Assembly (NCBI GenBank): GCA_039793985.1
Contig: JBAMMC010000033.1
Span: 7,186-71,185 of the forward strand
Source of the DNA: Fervidicoccaceae archaeon
GTDB taxonomy: Archaea; Thermoproteota; Thermoprotei_A; Sulfolobales; Fervidicoccaceae
Direction of reading: 5' to 3'
DNA length: 64,000 bases
The notes under the pieces are model-generated. The model made no database searches. It had not been told where the DNA came from and was given only the letters and a program-made list of their open reading frames with translations. Below, piece after piece: positions 18,910-27,670 of the stretch. The position numbers and the translations under genes were made by a program. Each line of letters begins with the position of its first letter. The first letter of the stretch is position 1.

Positions 18910-19704
18910 ATGAATGCTGATGCGGGAAGAGGTATGATGATGCTTGAAAAAATAAAAAGAGCGAAAGCCATCGCGAGCGATGTTGACGGGACAATAACGA
19001 TAGACAGGAATAGTTATTATATTCCACCAGAGGTTATAGAAGGGATGACACTTCTCAGGAAAGCTGGAATAAAACTCTTCTTTGTTTCTGCGAATGCTTT
19101 TCCAATCGTATATGGACTCGCCAGATACTTAGGAGGGGATGGTGTTGTGGCTGAAAATGGCTGCATCGTGACGGCTCTTGAAGCTGGAATAAAGAGGCCT
19201 ACTGTGGCAGAGTTGTGCTCTGAATCCCACAGGGAGATTCCTAAACTAATTGCGGAAAAAATGCCTGACAAGTTCAGGGAATCATGGCAGAATGATTTTA
19301 GAAAATACGACTTTGCTCTAGAAGTTTTAGATAAAAGCATGGATGCCAAACAGATTATAAAGTCCATAAAAGATCTCTTGGAAAGGGTTGGAGTCAATGA
19401 TAAGGTTGAAGTAAACTTCAGCGGATATGCTGTACATATCACACCTAAAGGAGCTGGAAAATTGAGAGGGCTGAAATATCTTTTATCATCCTTAAACATG
19501 GGAATGGAAGAAATTGTGGGCATAGGAGATAGTTACATGGATTGGGACTTTATAAGGGAGGCCGGTGTAAAAGTGGCCGTTGCCAATGCAGATTTGGAAT
19601 TGAAAAAAAGAGTTGAAATAATTACAGACTTTGACAGTGGTTATGGTTTTGCTCAACTCTGTAAAACAATGGCCGAAGCGAAACTCTTGGAGAAAGAAGA
19701 TTAG
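18910..19704 (+). CDS. HAD-superfamily Cof-type phosphatase (archaeal phosphoglycolate phosphatase-like)
   Basis: Motif I ASDVDGTIT and motif IV GIGDSYMDWDF; about 260 aa. The true start may be one of the MMM codons slightly downstream. Confidence 0.7.
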   Translation: MNADAGRGMMMLEKIKRAKAIASDVDGTITIDRNSYYIPPEVIEGMTLLRKAGIKLFFVSANAFPIVYGLARYLGGDGVVAENGCIVTALEAGIKRPTVAELCSESHREIPKLIAEKMPDKFRESWQNDFRKYDFALEVLDKSMDAKQIIKSIKDLLERVGVNDKVEVNFSGYAVHITPKGAGKLRGLKYLLSSLNMGMEEIVGIGDSYMDWDFIREAGVKVAVANADLELKKRVEIITDFDSGYGFAQLCKTMAEAKLLEKED

Positions 19705-19791
19705 CTCGATAAGTTGCTTCCTTTGTTGATGGATGTATTTCTATCAATGCGAAAAGAGCTAAGGTTATGTTTTTTTGTTTTAATAGATCTG

Positions 19792-20757
19792 TCATACTTT
19801 TGAATAGATTTTCTTAAAAACTGAAGCTATCTTCTTCTTCAAGCTCTCTTTGTCTTCCGCTTCTTTCAAATTCACTCCCGCTGCGTATTTGTGACCTCCT
19901 CCTCCCATAGCTTTAGCAACAAGAGAAACATCCAAAGTTTTGCTCCTTAGACTGATGCCTTTGTGGTAAACGAACACATATACGTCTGCTTTATCGCCCC
20001 TCTTCTGCTCTAAATATCCTTGAAGGTCGCCTGGGTGGATCTTTTCGCTCGGATAGAGGAAGATCACTTTCTTTTCTTCTAGAGTAGAATGCTCTGCTGT
20101 TTCAGCAGCTTTCTCCATAAGCTTGCTGTACTCTTTTTGTGCTTGTTCATAGAAAGATTGAGCCCAACTTGGCCATATATAGCCGTCTATCCAACTCTCA
20201 AGGGTCTTATATCTGATGCTCCAATCCCCCCACCTCAATATTATCCTCCATTTGGGAGTTAGCTCGTATTTGTTGGAATATGTATCGTCGTCTTCTGCGA
20301 GTCTGATCAAATCCTCTATGTGAGGTGGCAATTGATAGCCGCGAAGAACTGTTTGCCTTATCAGCTTGGATGCGCACTCGGAGCTCTGGGATAAAATAAT
20401 TTCTATGTTAGGGCATTGCTTCATTATTCCGTAGGCTTCTTCGTCCCAGATGTGGTGATCTATCCAATGGATGTTCATTTGGCACTTTTTATTCTCTTTT
20501 ACTATTTTTTCTGCTATTTCAGCTCCAGGATTCAAATCTGCTATATATACCTCACTAACTTTAGCTTTCTTAACCTCCTTGAAGTAATCGTATATCTTAG
20601 TAGTGCTCGAGAGTTTTATATATTCTCTGGAAACACCGAAAGCGGTTGCTAACATAGCAGCCGAAGCAATACCATCTATGTCCCAGTGAGAAATAATGCC
20701 TATCAATTCCATCATCTTACACGAATTTCTCGAATTCATATAGTAGATTACTGACAT
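19792..20757 (-). CDS. DHH/DHHA1 family phosphoesterase (NrnA-like)
   Basis: HWDIDGIAS (DxD), WIDHHIW (DHH) and GGGHKYAAG (DHHA1 GGGH motif). Confidence 0.8.
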   Translation of the reverse strand: MSVIYYMNSRNSCKMMELIGIISHWDIDGIASAAMLATAFGVSREYIKLSSTTKIYDYFKEVKKAKVSEVYIADLNPGAEIAEKIVKENKKCQMNIHWIDHHIWDEEAYGIMKQCPNIEIILSQSSECASKLIRQTVLRGYQLPPHIEDLIRLAEDDDTYSNKYELTPKWRIILRWGDWSIRYKTLESWIDGYIWPSWAQSFYEQAQKEYSKLMEKAAETAEHSTLEEKKVIFLYPSEKIHPGDLQGYLEQKRGDKADVYVFVYHKGISLRSKTLDVSLVAKAMGGGGHKYAAGVNLKEAEDKESLKKKIASVFKKIYSKV

Positions 20758-20852
20758 ATATATTTTCCAGTTTATGAGGGAAATTCAAGAGAAATCAATC
20801 ATCCTGGTAAAATTTTATAAACAGAAGAGAAAATATAGTTATTCTGTAAAAG

Positions 20853-21707
20853 GTGAATGTTTTGACTCTTGCAGACATTGCTAGCATTCTATTCTGGCTT
20901 ATATTCTTCTTCTTGATCTTTTCTCCGACGACTCAACAGGCTAGGATAAGAGCTGCTAGGGCAAGGATATTGGCGACTCTCGAAGCAAAAACCAAGATGA
21001 AATTTATCACTTTGATTCATAGGCAAGAGAGGGTAGGAATCTTTGGAATACCTGTTTACAGATACATCGATATAGATGATAGTGAAGAGGTTTTGAGAGC
21101 AATAAGAGAAGTTCCGAAAGATGTAGGTATAGCGTTAGTTCTCCATACTCCTGGCGGTTTGGTTCTAGCAGCATCACAAATAGCCCTTGCACTCAAAAGA
21201 CACCCAGGGAAAAAAGTAGTTATTATTCCACACTACGCTATGAGTGGGGGAACACTAATATCGTTGGCTGCTGACGAGATATGGATGGATAGAAATGCTG
21301 TTCTAGGTCCAGTCGATCCTCAAATACCTTTTCAGCAGTACGGAAGCCTCCCTGCACCTAGTATAGTAAAGCTGGCTAAGATGAAAGGAGATAAGGCAGA
21401 AGATATGACTCTAATAATGGCTGATGTCGCGGAAAAGGCTATAGTCGGAGTCCGTGATATAGTCTTTTACCTTTTGAAGGATAAGATGGGAGAGGAGAAG
21501 GCTAAGGAACTAGCAGAGAAGCTCACAGCAGGGCTATGGACGCATGATCACCCAATAACCTTTGAAGAGGCTAAAGAATTGGGACTTCCCGTAAAGGATG
21601 AAGTCCCTCCAGAAGTCTATGAACTCATGTCTCTTTACAAAGCTCCTCTTATGCAGAGGAGCGGCGTTGAGTATATACCTTGGAGCCCTCAGAAATCCAC
21701 AGCGTAG
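20853..21707 (+). CDS. Membrane-anchored ClpP-fold serine protease (SDH / 'serine dehydrogenase proteinase' family)
   Basis: N-terminal TM segment. LVLHTPGGLVLAASQIA and MSGGTLISLAADEIWM resemble ClpP/SppA-class motifs (from memory). Confidence 0.65.
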   Translation: MNVLTLADIASILFWLIFFFLIFSPTTQQARIRAARARILATLEAKTKMKFITLIHRQERVGIFGIPVYRYIDIDDSEEVLRAIREVPKDVGIALVLHTPGGLVLAASQIALALKRHPGKKVVIIPHYAMSGGTLISLAADEIWMDRNAVLGPVDPQIPFQQYGSLPAPSIVKLAKMKGDKAEDMTLIMADVAEKAIVGVRDIVFYLLKDKMGEEKAKELAEKLTAGLWTHDHPITFEEAKELGLPVKDEVPPEVYELMSLYKAPLMQRSGVEYIPWSPQKSTA

Positions 21708-21855
21708 CAATACCATAATATTTTGTTGAAATTATGCGAATGTTTGGAAGTAACAATCTTTTATTCGTTCTGAGTAGAAAGATAAGATTTCCAGCAGAGA
21801 ATCATAAAGATTATGTGTTATGGAGAATGGATTTTCTGTCAACGGATGTATCATA

Positions 21856-21915
21856 TGAACTACCCCTCTCACTGACGGGGACTTTCGCCCCCTTAACCCA
21901 CGATAGGTTAAAGGG
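21856..21915. repeat. Structured intergenic element, copy B (shortest full copy)
   Basis: Plus strand: GAACTACCCCTCTCACTGACGGGGACTTTCGCCCCCTTAACCCACGATAGGTTAAAGGG. It overlaps the stop codon of the gene at 21908..22612. It is related to copies at 58476..58618 and 44722..44762 in the same relative orientation. Confidence 0.5.
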
Positions 21916-22612
21916 AAATTCTCCAGGCATTTTCTGCAGGGTCGTATGCTAGCTTTCCTCCAGAGAGGAGTTTTCTGAAGAGAGTCGCCATCTTATCTGG
22001 AAGAGATTTTGCTACTTTTGCTGAATCTCTTTCCTTTATTGCCGAAAGTTTGGATTGAAAATTATCCCAAAATTCAGGGTCAACTGCTATATATTCCCCT
22101 TCCAATTCTATGACTATTGCTCCCTCTCTCTTCAGCTTATCAAAGAAGGCTTTCGGATTCTTCAACCATGTCAGTTCGCTCTGGAAAACAACACCTTCCA
22201 TGCTAAGCCTTTCTATTGCAGTACCTCCTCGTGCTGGCTTAGCCATTGTCTTTCTCTCCCCACCTCTCTCTTCTGACTCTGTTACAACTTTCTGAAAAGC
22301 TTCCTCCAACCTGTCAATCCTCTCTCTCAGCTCTGCAACTGATCGAGCAAGTTCGTCTATTTTCGCTGTGAATGGATTTACGATATCTTGAACTGCTCTT
22401 GCTATGCTCTGAACAAGTTCCTTTTCTTTTGAGACTCCTGGTTCACGTTCAGGAATTTCTTTCGTTGTTAGAGTGGGCTGAGAAAGAGGTCTCTGTTCTG
22501 ACAAAGCTACATTCTTCACATAATCCGAGATACTCTCGAAGCCTTTTGAAGCAGCTTTAGTCTTTAGCAGGTTGAACTCTTCCTCAGTAAGCTTTATGCT
22601 AACTATGGGCAA
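21908..22612 (-). CDS. Ribbon-helix-helix-like N-terminus + coiled coil + conserved C-terminal domain protein
   Basis: MPIVSIKLTEEEFNLLKTKAASKGFESISDYVKNVAL looks like RHH/CopG. There is a heptad region (IDELARSVAELRERIDRLEEAF). The C-terminal ~100 aa are similar to the C-terminus of the 41709..42248 product. Confidence 0.5.
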   Translation of the reverse strand: MPIVSIKLTEEEFNLLKTKAASKGFESISDYVKNVALSEQRPLSQPTLTTKEIPEREPGVSKEKELVQSIARAVQDIVNPFTAKIDELARSVAELRERIDRLEEAFQKVVTESEERGGERKTMAKPARGGTAIERLSMEGVVFQSELTWLKNPKAFFDKLKREGAIVIELEGEYIAVDPEFWDNFQSKLSAIKERDSAKVAKSLPDKMATLFRKLLSGGKLAYDPAENAWRISL

Positions 22613-22624
22613 AGATCACCACCG

Positions 22625-23173
22625 CTATGGTGGGGCAGGCAACTTCCCCCTCTCCCTGGTCTTAGCTACCTCAGCTGCTTCTCTAAGAATTGATTCTACT
22701 TCCCCCCCAGCCATAACAGGTAACGCTGTTGGTTCTCCTAGTTGGGCATATGATCCTATTTCTATTCCCATATCGTTTAGCCTCTCCTCTAACTCAGAAA
22801 ACATGATAGATAGTTCAGGTGCAGCCTTTGAGAAATTCTTCTTCAAATCTGCTATTAGTGGTACTACATCTTTTGCCATGTCGACTGTTGCCTCCATATC
22901 TAATAACGTTTCAAATTTTATTCTAACTCTTTCGACAGAAACGCGCATAGATTTCATATTAGCAAGGATCCTCTTTCTTTCTGCGAGCTCAGCAGCAATT
23001 TGCATGGCAAATTCCTTACCATATAACTCATTGACTTTTATCAAATCCTGCATCTTTTCCTCTATTCCTCTCTCGAGTTTGTTTTCAATGAAGCGGAGCT
23101 TGTTTTCCATTATTCTCAGCATTGCTACTGTCTTAGCAACTTTTTTCCTATCAAGTTTCTTTTTCCCAAACAA
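22625..23173 (-). CDS. cdvB: ESCRT-III/Snf7 family protein, short CdvB paralogue-like
   Basis: Basic N-terminus MFGKKKLDRKK, long helices, APELSIMFSELEERLNDMG and the tail EVESILREAAEVAKTRERGKLP resemble crenarchaeal CdvB1/B2 (from memory). Confidence 0.7.
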   Translation of the reverse strand: MFGKKKLDRKKVAKTVAMLRIMENKLRFIENKLERGIEEKMQDLIKVNELYGKEFAMQIAAELAERKRILANMKSMRVSVERVRIKFETLLDMEATVDMAKDVVPLIADLKKNFSKAAPELSIMFSELEERLNDMGIEIGSYAQLGEPTALPVMAGGEVESILREAAEVAKTRERGKLPAPP

Positions 23174-23264
23174 CTTTTCGCACCAGAGGAAAAGCTGCCT
23201 ACTCTACCTCTAATTGAATATTAAGCAATTTGATATTTAAAAACAAAACGACCTCCTTTCTCTT

Positions 23265-24551
23265 CTATTTTCTTAGTTTATATAGGAGGTTCTTTCTAGA
23301 TACTCTTGTCGAAAGTATCCTTTCTCCTTCGAACCACTTGGCACCCAGGTAAAGCACCACTGCGAAGTAAAGGATGTTCGCCGCAAAGCTAACGATTACT
23401 GGAGCTACCCATCCCTGGAAATAAGACTTCAGAGCTATCAGAGGAGTGGAAGCGGGGATGAGAGATATAGCTAATACACTAGCACTATTGAGCTGAGATA
23501 AGTCTATATACATGAGCAAAATGTATGGGATTAAAATGGGCAACCATGTATATGATGTCATAGCTTGTGCTTCTCTAACATTACTCGCTAGTGAGGAGAT
23601 GAGAATAGAGGCACCCAATATGAATAAAAGAGAAAGAAGTAGTCCAATGGCTGCCTCAGCTAGGGCAGATGGGCTCAATATGGAAAGGGTTTTCACTAGT
23701 TCAACCCGACCCCCAACTCCAGAGAGAACCGAGCTGATATAATAATAAAATCCAATTCCCATTCCAATCATACCTGCGAGTGAGAGGATGAAAGCTCCAA
23801 AGACCTTTGAAAACATTATATATGATCTCTTTATGGGGAGCGTTAAAAGTATCTCCAAAGTTTTCTCTTCTTTTTCTATCCCCATGCTAGATGCGGCAAG
23901 ACTAGAAGCAATAGAGAATATCATGAGAGGCGCTACTATCAAGGCCATCGCTCCACTGAGGAGTGAGTTTATCGAGCTGAAGCTGACTTCCCTTCCCCCT
24001 AGAATGGCCGATTCGTTTAAGGAAATTATATGAAAAAGTGATGTGACGTTCAAATTCGGGTATGCTGAAGAAAGGAGCCCTGCAAGCAACTGTTGCTGGA
24101 ATGCATTCACAGCCGAGTTAAGGGAAGAGAATTTAACAGTGGATGAAATGCTGAGATCCTTCACGAAGTAAAAGGTATTTACAACGGCTGTCTTTCCATG
24201 AGCCAAGCTTTCTGTAAAATTGGATGGTATCACAAGAACAGCGTCGTATATTTTGCTCTGAAAGAGAGCACCGGGATCGGTGCCAACAGGATATATATTA
24301 ACAGTACCATTAGAAAATGATCTAAGAAATTGGATGAAGTATCTCGAAAATTCCCCTTCATCATTGTTGATAATTGCTATCTTAAGGCCGAACGTTGTGG
24401 CCTGGACTGTCTTCTCTGTAGCATACCCCATAACAGTGCCCAAGAGAACGAATATTATGATGGGGGCAACTATCATTAAAAGAAATATCCTAGGATCCCT
24501 CAGCATCTCTCTTGTCTCTTTAGAAATCAAGGAGCGTAGTGAACTTTTCAA
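23265..24551 (-). CDS. ABC-2 type exporter permease
   Basis: N-terminal TM segment, a large extracytoplasmic loop, then five or more C-terminal TM segments. Overlaps the upstream ATPase gene by 4 nt. Confidence 0.7.
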   Translation of the reverse strand: MKSSLRSLISKETREMLRDPRIFLLMIVAPIIIFVLLGTVMGYATEKTVQATTFGLKIAIINNDEGEFSRYFIQFLRSFSNGTVNIYPVGTDPGALFQSKIYDAVLVIPSNFTESLAHGKTAVVNTFYFVKDLSISSTVKFSSLNSAVNAFQQQLLAGLLSSAYPNLNVTSLFHIISLNESAILGGREVSFSSINSLLSGAMALIVAPLMIFSIASSLAASSMGIEKEEKTLEILLTLPIKRSYIMFSKVFGAFILSLAGMIGMGIGFYYYISSVLSGVGGRVELVKTLSILSPSALAEAAIGLLLSLLFILGASILISSLASNVREAQAMTSYTWLPILIPYILLMYIDLSQLNSASVLAISLIPASTPLIALKSYFQGWVAPVIVSFAANILYFAVVLYLGAKWFEGERILSTRVSRKNLLYKLRK

Positions 24552-25273
24552 TTTGAAATCGACCTCATAAAGGCCTCTTCAAGGTTAGAGGCATTGGTTT
24601 TTCTGATTAGTTCGAGAGGAGTTCCAACATTTACGATCTTCCCATCATGGACGAAGGCTACTCTATCGCAAAGGAATTCAATTTCGAGCATATTATGGCT
24701 ACTTAATAAAATGGTAATTCCCCATTCTTTCGATTTCTTCTTGATCTCGTTCCTCAGCTGTAGCGAATAAAGTACGTCAATCCCGCTCGTAGGTTCATCG
24801 AGAATAGCGAGCTTAGGTCTTATCATCAGAGTTCTAGCTACTTGAAGTCTCCTTTTCATTCCTTTACTGTATGTTTTGATTCTCTCCTGAAGGGCATCGC
24901 CGAGACCTGAAAGTTCGGCTCCATCGCTAACATAGTCCTCATTGACTCCATAGAGGGAAGCGATAAATTTCAAGTACTCCATTCCTGTCATATAGGGATA
25001 GGCACCAGCATCTTCAGGAAGATAGCTTATAAGCCGTCTTACCTCTTCCGCCTGATCAACTACATCTTTTCCAAACACTTCTACTTTTCCCTTCGTTGGC
25101 TTGAGTAGGGTTGCGATTATCCTGAGCGTAGTAGTTTTTCCTGCTCCATTTGGTCCAACCAAGCCAAAGATCTCTCCTGGCATGACTTCAAAAGTTATTC
25201 CCTTTATCGCTTCTTTTTCCCCAAACCTTTTTATTAGATCTTTGACGGAGACAGCCGATGTCAAGATATACAC
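24548..25273 (-). CDS. ABC transporter ATP-binding protein (ABC-2/NatA-like)
   Basis: Walker A GPNGAGKTT, signature YSKGMKRR and Walker B LAILDEPTSG. Confidence 0.9.
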   Translation of the reverse strand: MYILTSAVSVKDLIKRFGEKEAIKGITFEVMPGEIFGLVGPNGAGKTTTLRIIATLLKPTKGKVEVFGKDVVDQAEEVRRLISYLPEDAGAYPYMTGMEYLKFIASLYGVNEDYVSDGAELSGLGDALQERIKTYSKGMKRRLQVARTLMIRPKLAILDEPTSGIDVLYSLQLRNEIKKKSKEWGITILLSSHNMLEIEFLCDRVAFVHDGKIVNVGTPLELIRKTNASNLEEAFMRSISN

Positions 25274-25436
25274 CGCAGATCGTTAGCAAATCTTAAATTG
25301 TTTTTAGACTTTTTGTTATTTATTATTATATATATTCGACTAAAAGTAAGATTTTCAATATTTAACATATCCATCTATCCATGAACTGGGTTCATTCGTG
25401 GCAAGTAAAGAAATTTTGGTTCTATAGCTCATGGAA

Positions 25437-26348
25437 TCATAGCATAACTTCGATATATAAGTTATCAACTATATCTCTATATCTGTTCCTGACTGCCACA
25501 TCGGTGAACGTTCCAAAGGCTGAAGCTATATCCCTCTGATTCCTTTTTTCTCCCATTATTGCTGAGGATATATAGGCTATCGCTGCTGCTACAGCTATTG
25601 GAGATTTCCCCTGAAGCATGTTTGTCTTATCTACAGCATTTGAAAGCCTATACATGAGCTTTTCCGTTCCCTTGCCCAATTTGAGTACTGTGACAAATGT
25701 AGGAACATAATCGATTGGTCTCGAAATCCTCGCATTGATTTTTCCTCCACTTAACTCTACAATCTTCCTATAAGCATACCTTACACTTTCTTCATCTACA
25801 TCGAGAATGTTAGATATATAAGAGAAAGACCTAGGTATCTTCGAAATCCTACAGGCTATATATAGGGCAGCTGCCGAGTAAGCTCTTATTTTTTCTCCTC
25901 TTCCAAGCCCCGCTTCAACAACCTTCCTCATTAGAATAGATGCGTTTTCCAAAACAACCTGGGGGAGCTTAAGGGTTGATGCATTTTCTTTCAATATTGT
26001 GAGGGCGGTTATCATTCTTTTATTCTCTCTCATTCTGGTTGAAGCAATTCTCCTTCTGAGAACATACATTTTCTTCCTTTGAGAAAATTTGAGTTTCCTA
26101 ATATCTGAGTCGCTTATGGTTGTCGATATTCCATAATCGTGCATAGCCTTCGTGAGGGGGGCTCCCACTCTAGACCTGATCCTCCCCTCATTATTGGGGA
26201 ATTCCCTCCATTCTGGACCAGAATCAAATACATTACCAAGCACTTCCCCCGTGGATGAACATATGATTTCTCCTCTTTCTTGATCGACAATAACTTCTGT
26301 ACACTTTCTTCCTGTGTTATTTTGATCCTCAAATGTTTCCGACATCAT
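25437..26348 (-). CDS. tfb: Transcription initiation factor IIB (TFB) with a degenerate zinc ribbon
   Basis: DSGPEWREF B-finger/linker region and two cyclin-fold repeats. The N-terminal ribbon reads KCTEVIVDQERGEIICSSTGEVL and keeps only 2 of the 4 usual Cys. Confidence 0.85.
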   Translation of the reverse strand: MMSETFEDQNNTGRKCTEVIVDQERGEIICSSTGEVLGNVFDSGPEWREFPNNEGRIRSRVGAPLTKAMHDYGISTTISDSDIRKLKFSQRKKMYVLRRRIASTRMRENKRMITALTILKENASTLKLPQVVLENASILMRKVVEAGLGRGEKIRAYSAAALYIACRISKIPRSFSYISNILDVDEESVRYAYRKIVELSGGKINARISRPIDYVPTFVTVLKLGKGTEKLMYRLSNAVDKTNMLQGKSPIAVAAAIAYISSAIMGEKRNQRDIASAFGTFTDVAVRNRYRDIVDNLYIEVML

Positions 26349-26635
26349 CCTTTCCTCCGGGCGTGACCAGTTTTGGTAGAACTACTTATCGAGACTTTTT
26401 TCCCAATTAGTTTTTCAATATCTATGTTCTCCCTGAGCAAGACTGCTAGTACAAAGGGAGAATCTACTCTCCCTATCACGTCCACAACCTTAGCGATCGG
26501 TCTCAAGTCTGGGGAGAGTATTATGTCACCTATATTAGGTACCCATTTTTCTCCGCCCAACCTCACAAGGAATTTCTTCTTATCGATAGTCTTCTCTACT
26601 CTCCCCTCAATTCGCATGAAAAGCCACGCCCGCAA
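26345..26635 (-). CDS. gar1: H/ACA RNP protein Gar1
   Basis: GDIILSPDLRPIAKVVDVIGRVDSPFVLA is typical of archaeal Gar1. ATGA overlap with tfb (a conserved gene pair). The start may be the second Met (26617). Confidence 0.8.
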   Translation of the reverse strand: MRAWLFMRIEGRVEKTIDKKKFLVRLGGEKWVPNIGDIILSPDLRPIAKVVDVIGRVDSPFVLAVLLRENIDIEKLIGKKVSISSSTKTGHARRKG

Positions 26636-26812
26636 TCTTATACTTAATTTTTTGTTTTAAAATAAGTTTGGCCGGTATTACAATAGTAGCTTTAATATGA
26701 ACAGTTATTTTTTTATCACATAAGAAAAGGTAATCCAGCTACAAGTAACTCGTATTACTCTGAGAAAAACTTTTATATAACCTCTGCTAATTTTTAGGTC
26801 TTAAAACTTGGT

Positions 26813-27130
26813 TCACTGCTCAGAAGAAGCTTTCTGTTCTCTTGATTTTTTGAGTTCTGCCGCTATCATAAGGAGAGTCTTTCTTTTGCTCCCAACTTTC
26901 CCTACAACCACTCTCTCTTTATCCTCCCACCATCTCTTAGGATATTTCTTCTGTTCCACAATTGGATTCAACCCCAAACGTTCAGCGATTAGCGTGATCT
27001 CCCTCGCCGAGGGTTTTGGTATTGATAATTGCAGAGGAACTTTTCTCCCCATTCTTCTAGAAAGATGAGAATCTAAATATGATGGGTATATGACTACTTT
27101 TTTGCCTGAAAACTTTCTAGAACTTTCCAT
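26813..27130 (-). CDS. srp19: Signal recognition particle protein SRP19
   Basis: VVIYPSYLDSHLSRRMGRKVP and EITLIAERLGL match the SRP19 core. Confidence 0.85.
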   Translation of the reverse strand: MESSRKFSGKKVVIYPSYLDSHLSRRMGRKVPLQLSIPKPSAREITLIAERLGLNPIVEQKKYPKRWWEDKERVVVGKVGSKRKTLLMIAAELKKSREQKASSEQ

Positions 27131-27151
27131 CTATGCTGCCCTTATGATACG

Positions 27152-27538
27152 TCATTTGAGAAGTACGGCATTCACGATGCCATCCTGTCCAGGTCTCGAG
27201 ACTACCACTGCCTTTCCAGATTCTACTTCAATAACTGTCCCTTTCGTTATTATACCTCTTCTAGCATACTCCTTGTTGCTTGGCGTCTCCAGAACTCTGA
27301 GAATCTTTTCGACTTTTACCTTGTTTTCTTTCTTGTCTATAACAACCGCTCTACTCGCTTTCCTCAGCCTTATCTTAATATTCCCTCCTCTTCCCTTCTC
27401 TATAGTCTTCTCATCTTTATCAGCAACTCTTGTCTCAACCGGGGTTCCTCCCAATAATGCCTTCCTTTTAACTTTATAGTTTCTGCTTTTTCTTCCGCCA
27501 CTTGGCTTTCTTAGGTCATTTTCTTGATAAATTCCCAT
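27152..27538 (-). CDS. rps8e: 30S ribosomal protein S8e
   Basis: MGIYQENDLRKPSGGRKSRNYKVKRK is a typical S8e start. The internal ATG at 27538 gives about 128 aa; the listed ORF has a 31-aa unlikely extension. Confidence 0.85.
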   Translation of the reverse strand: MGIYQENDLRKPSGGRKSRNYKVKRKALLGGTPVETRVADKDEKTIEKGRGGNIKIRLRKASRAVVIDKKENKVKVEKILRVLETPSNKEYARRGIITKGTVIEVESGKAVVVSRPGQDGIVNAVLLK

Positions 27539-27670
27539 CTCAATCCCTCTCGATTTAATTAACTCATTCTCAAATAGGGTTTTAAAATGTTTGCAGATTG
27601 TGAGAACAAAACTTAATTCCTGTTCTTTCATAAAATAGAATAGAAAGGTTAATCCAAAATATAAGGTACC

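Noticed and set aside
21870-21895. GCGAAAGTCCCCG in element copy B resembles the RNase P RNA CR-I block (GAGGAAAGUCC), and GACAGAAAA occurs about 50 nt downstream on the same (minus) strand
   Set aside because: The sequence after ACAGAA cannot pair with AAGUCCCC to form P4, and the downstream 150 nt are AT-rich and unstructured. This is not a credible RNase P RNA.
22572-23213. 213-aa plus-strand ORF, one of many long antisense ORFs (others include 14843..15382, 36403..36981, 50418..51038, 10404..10817, 12622..12969)
   Set aside because: Each lies opposite a gene with clear family motifs. Their translations are Ser/Leu/Phe-rich and low in complexity, as expected from the reverse complement of AGA/GAA-rich coding sequence. 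No motifs were recognised.
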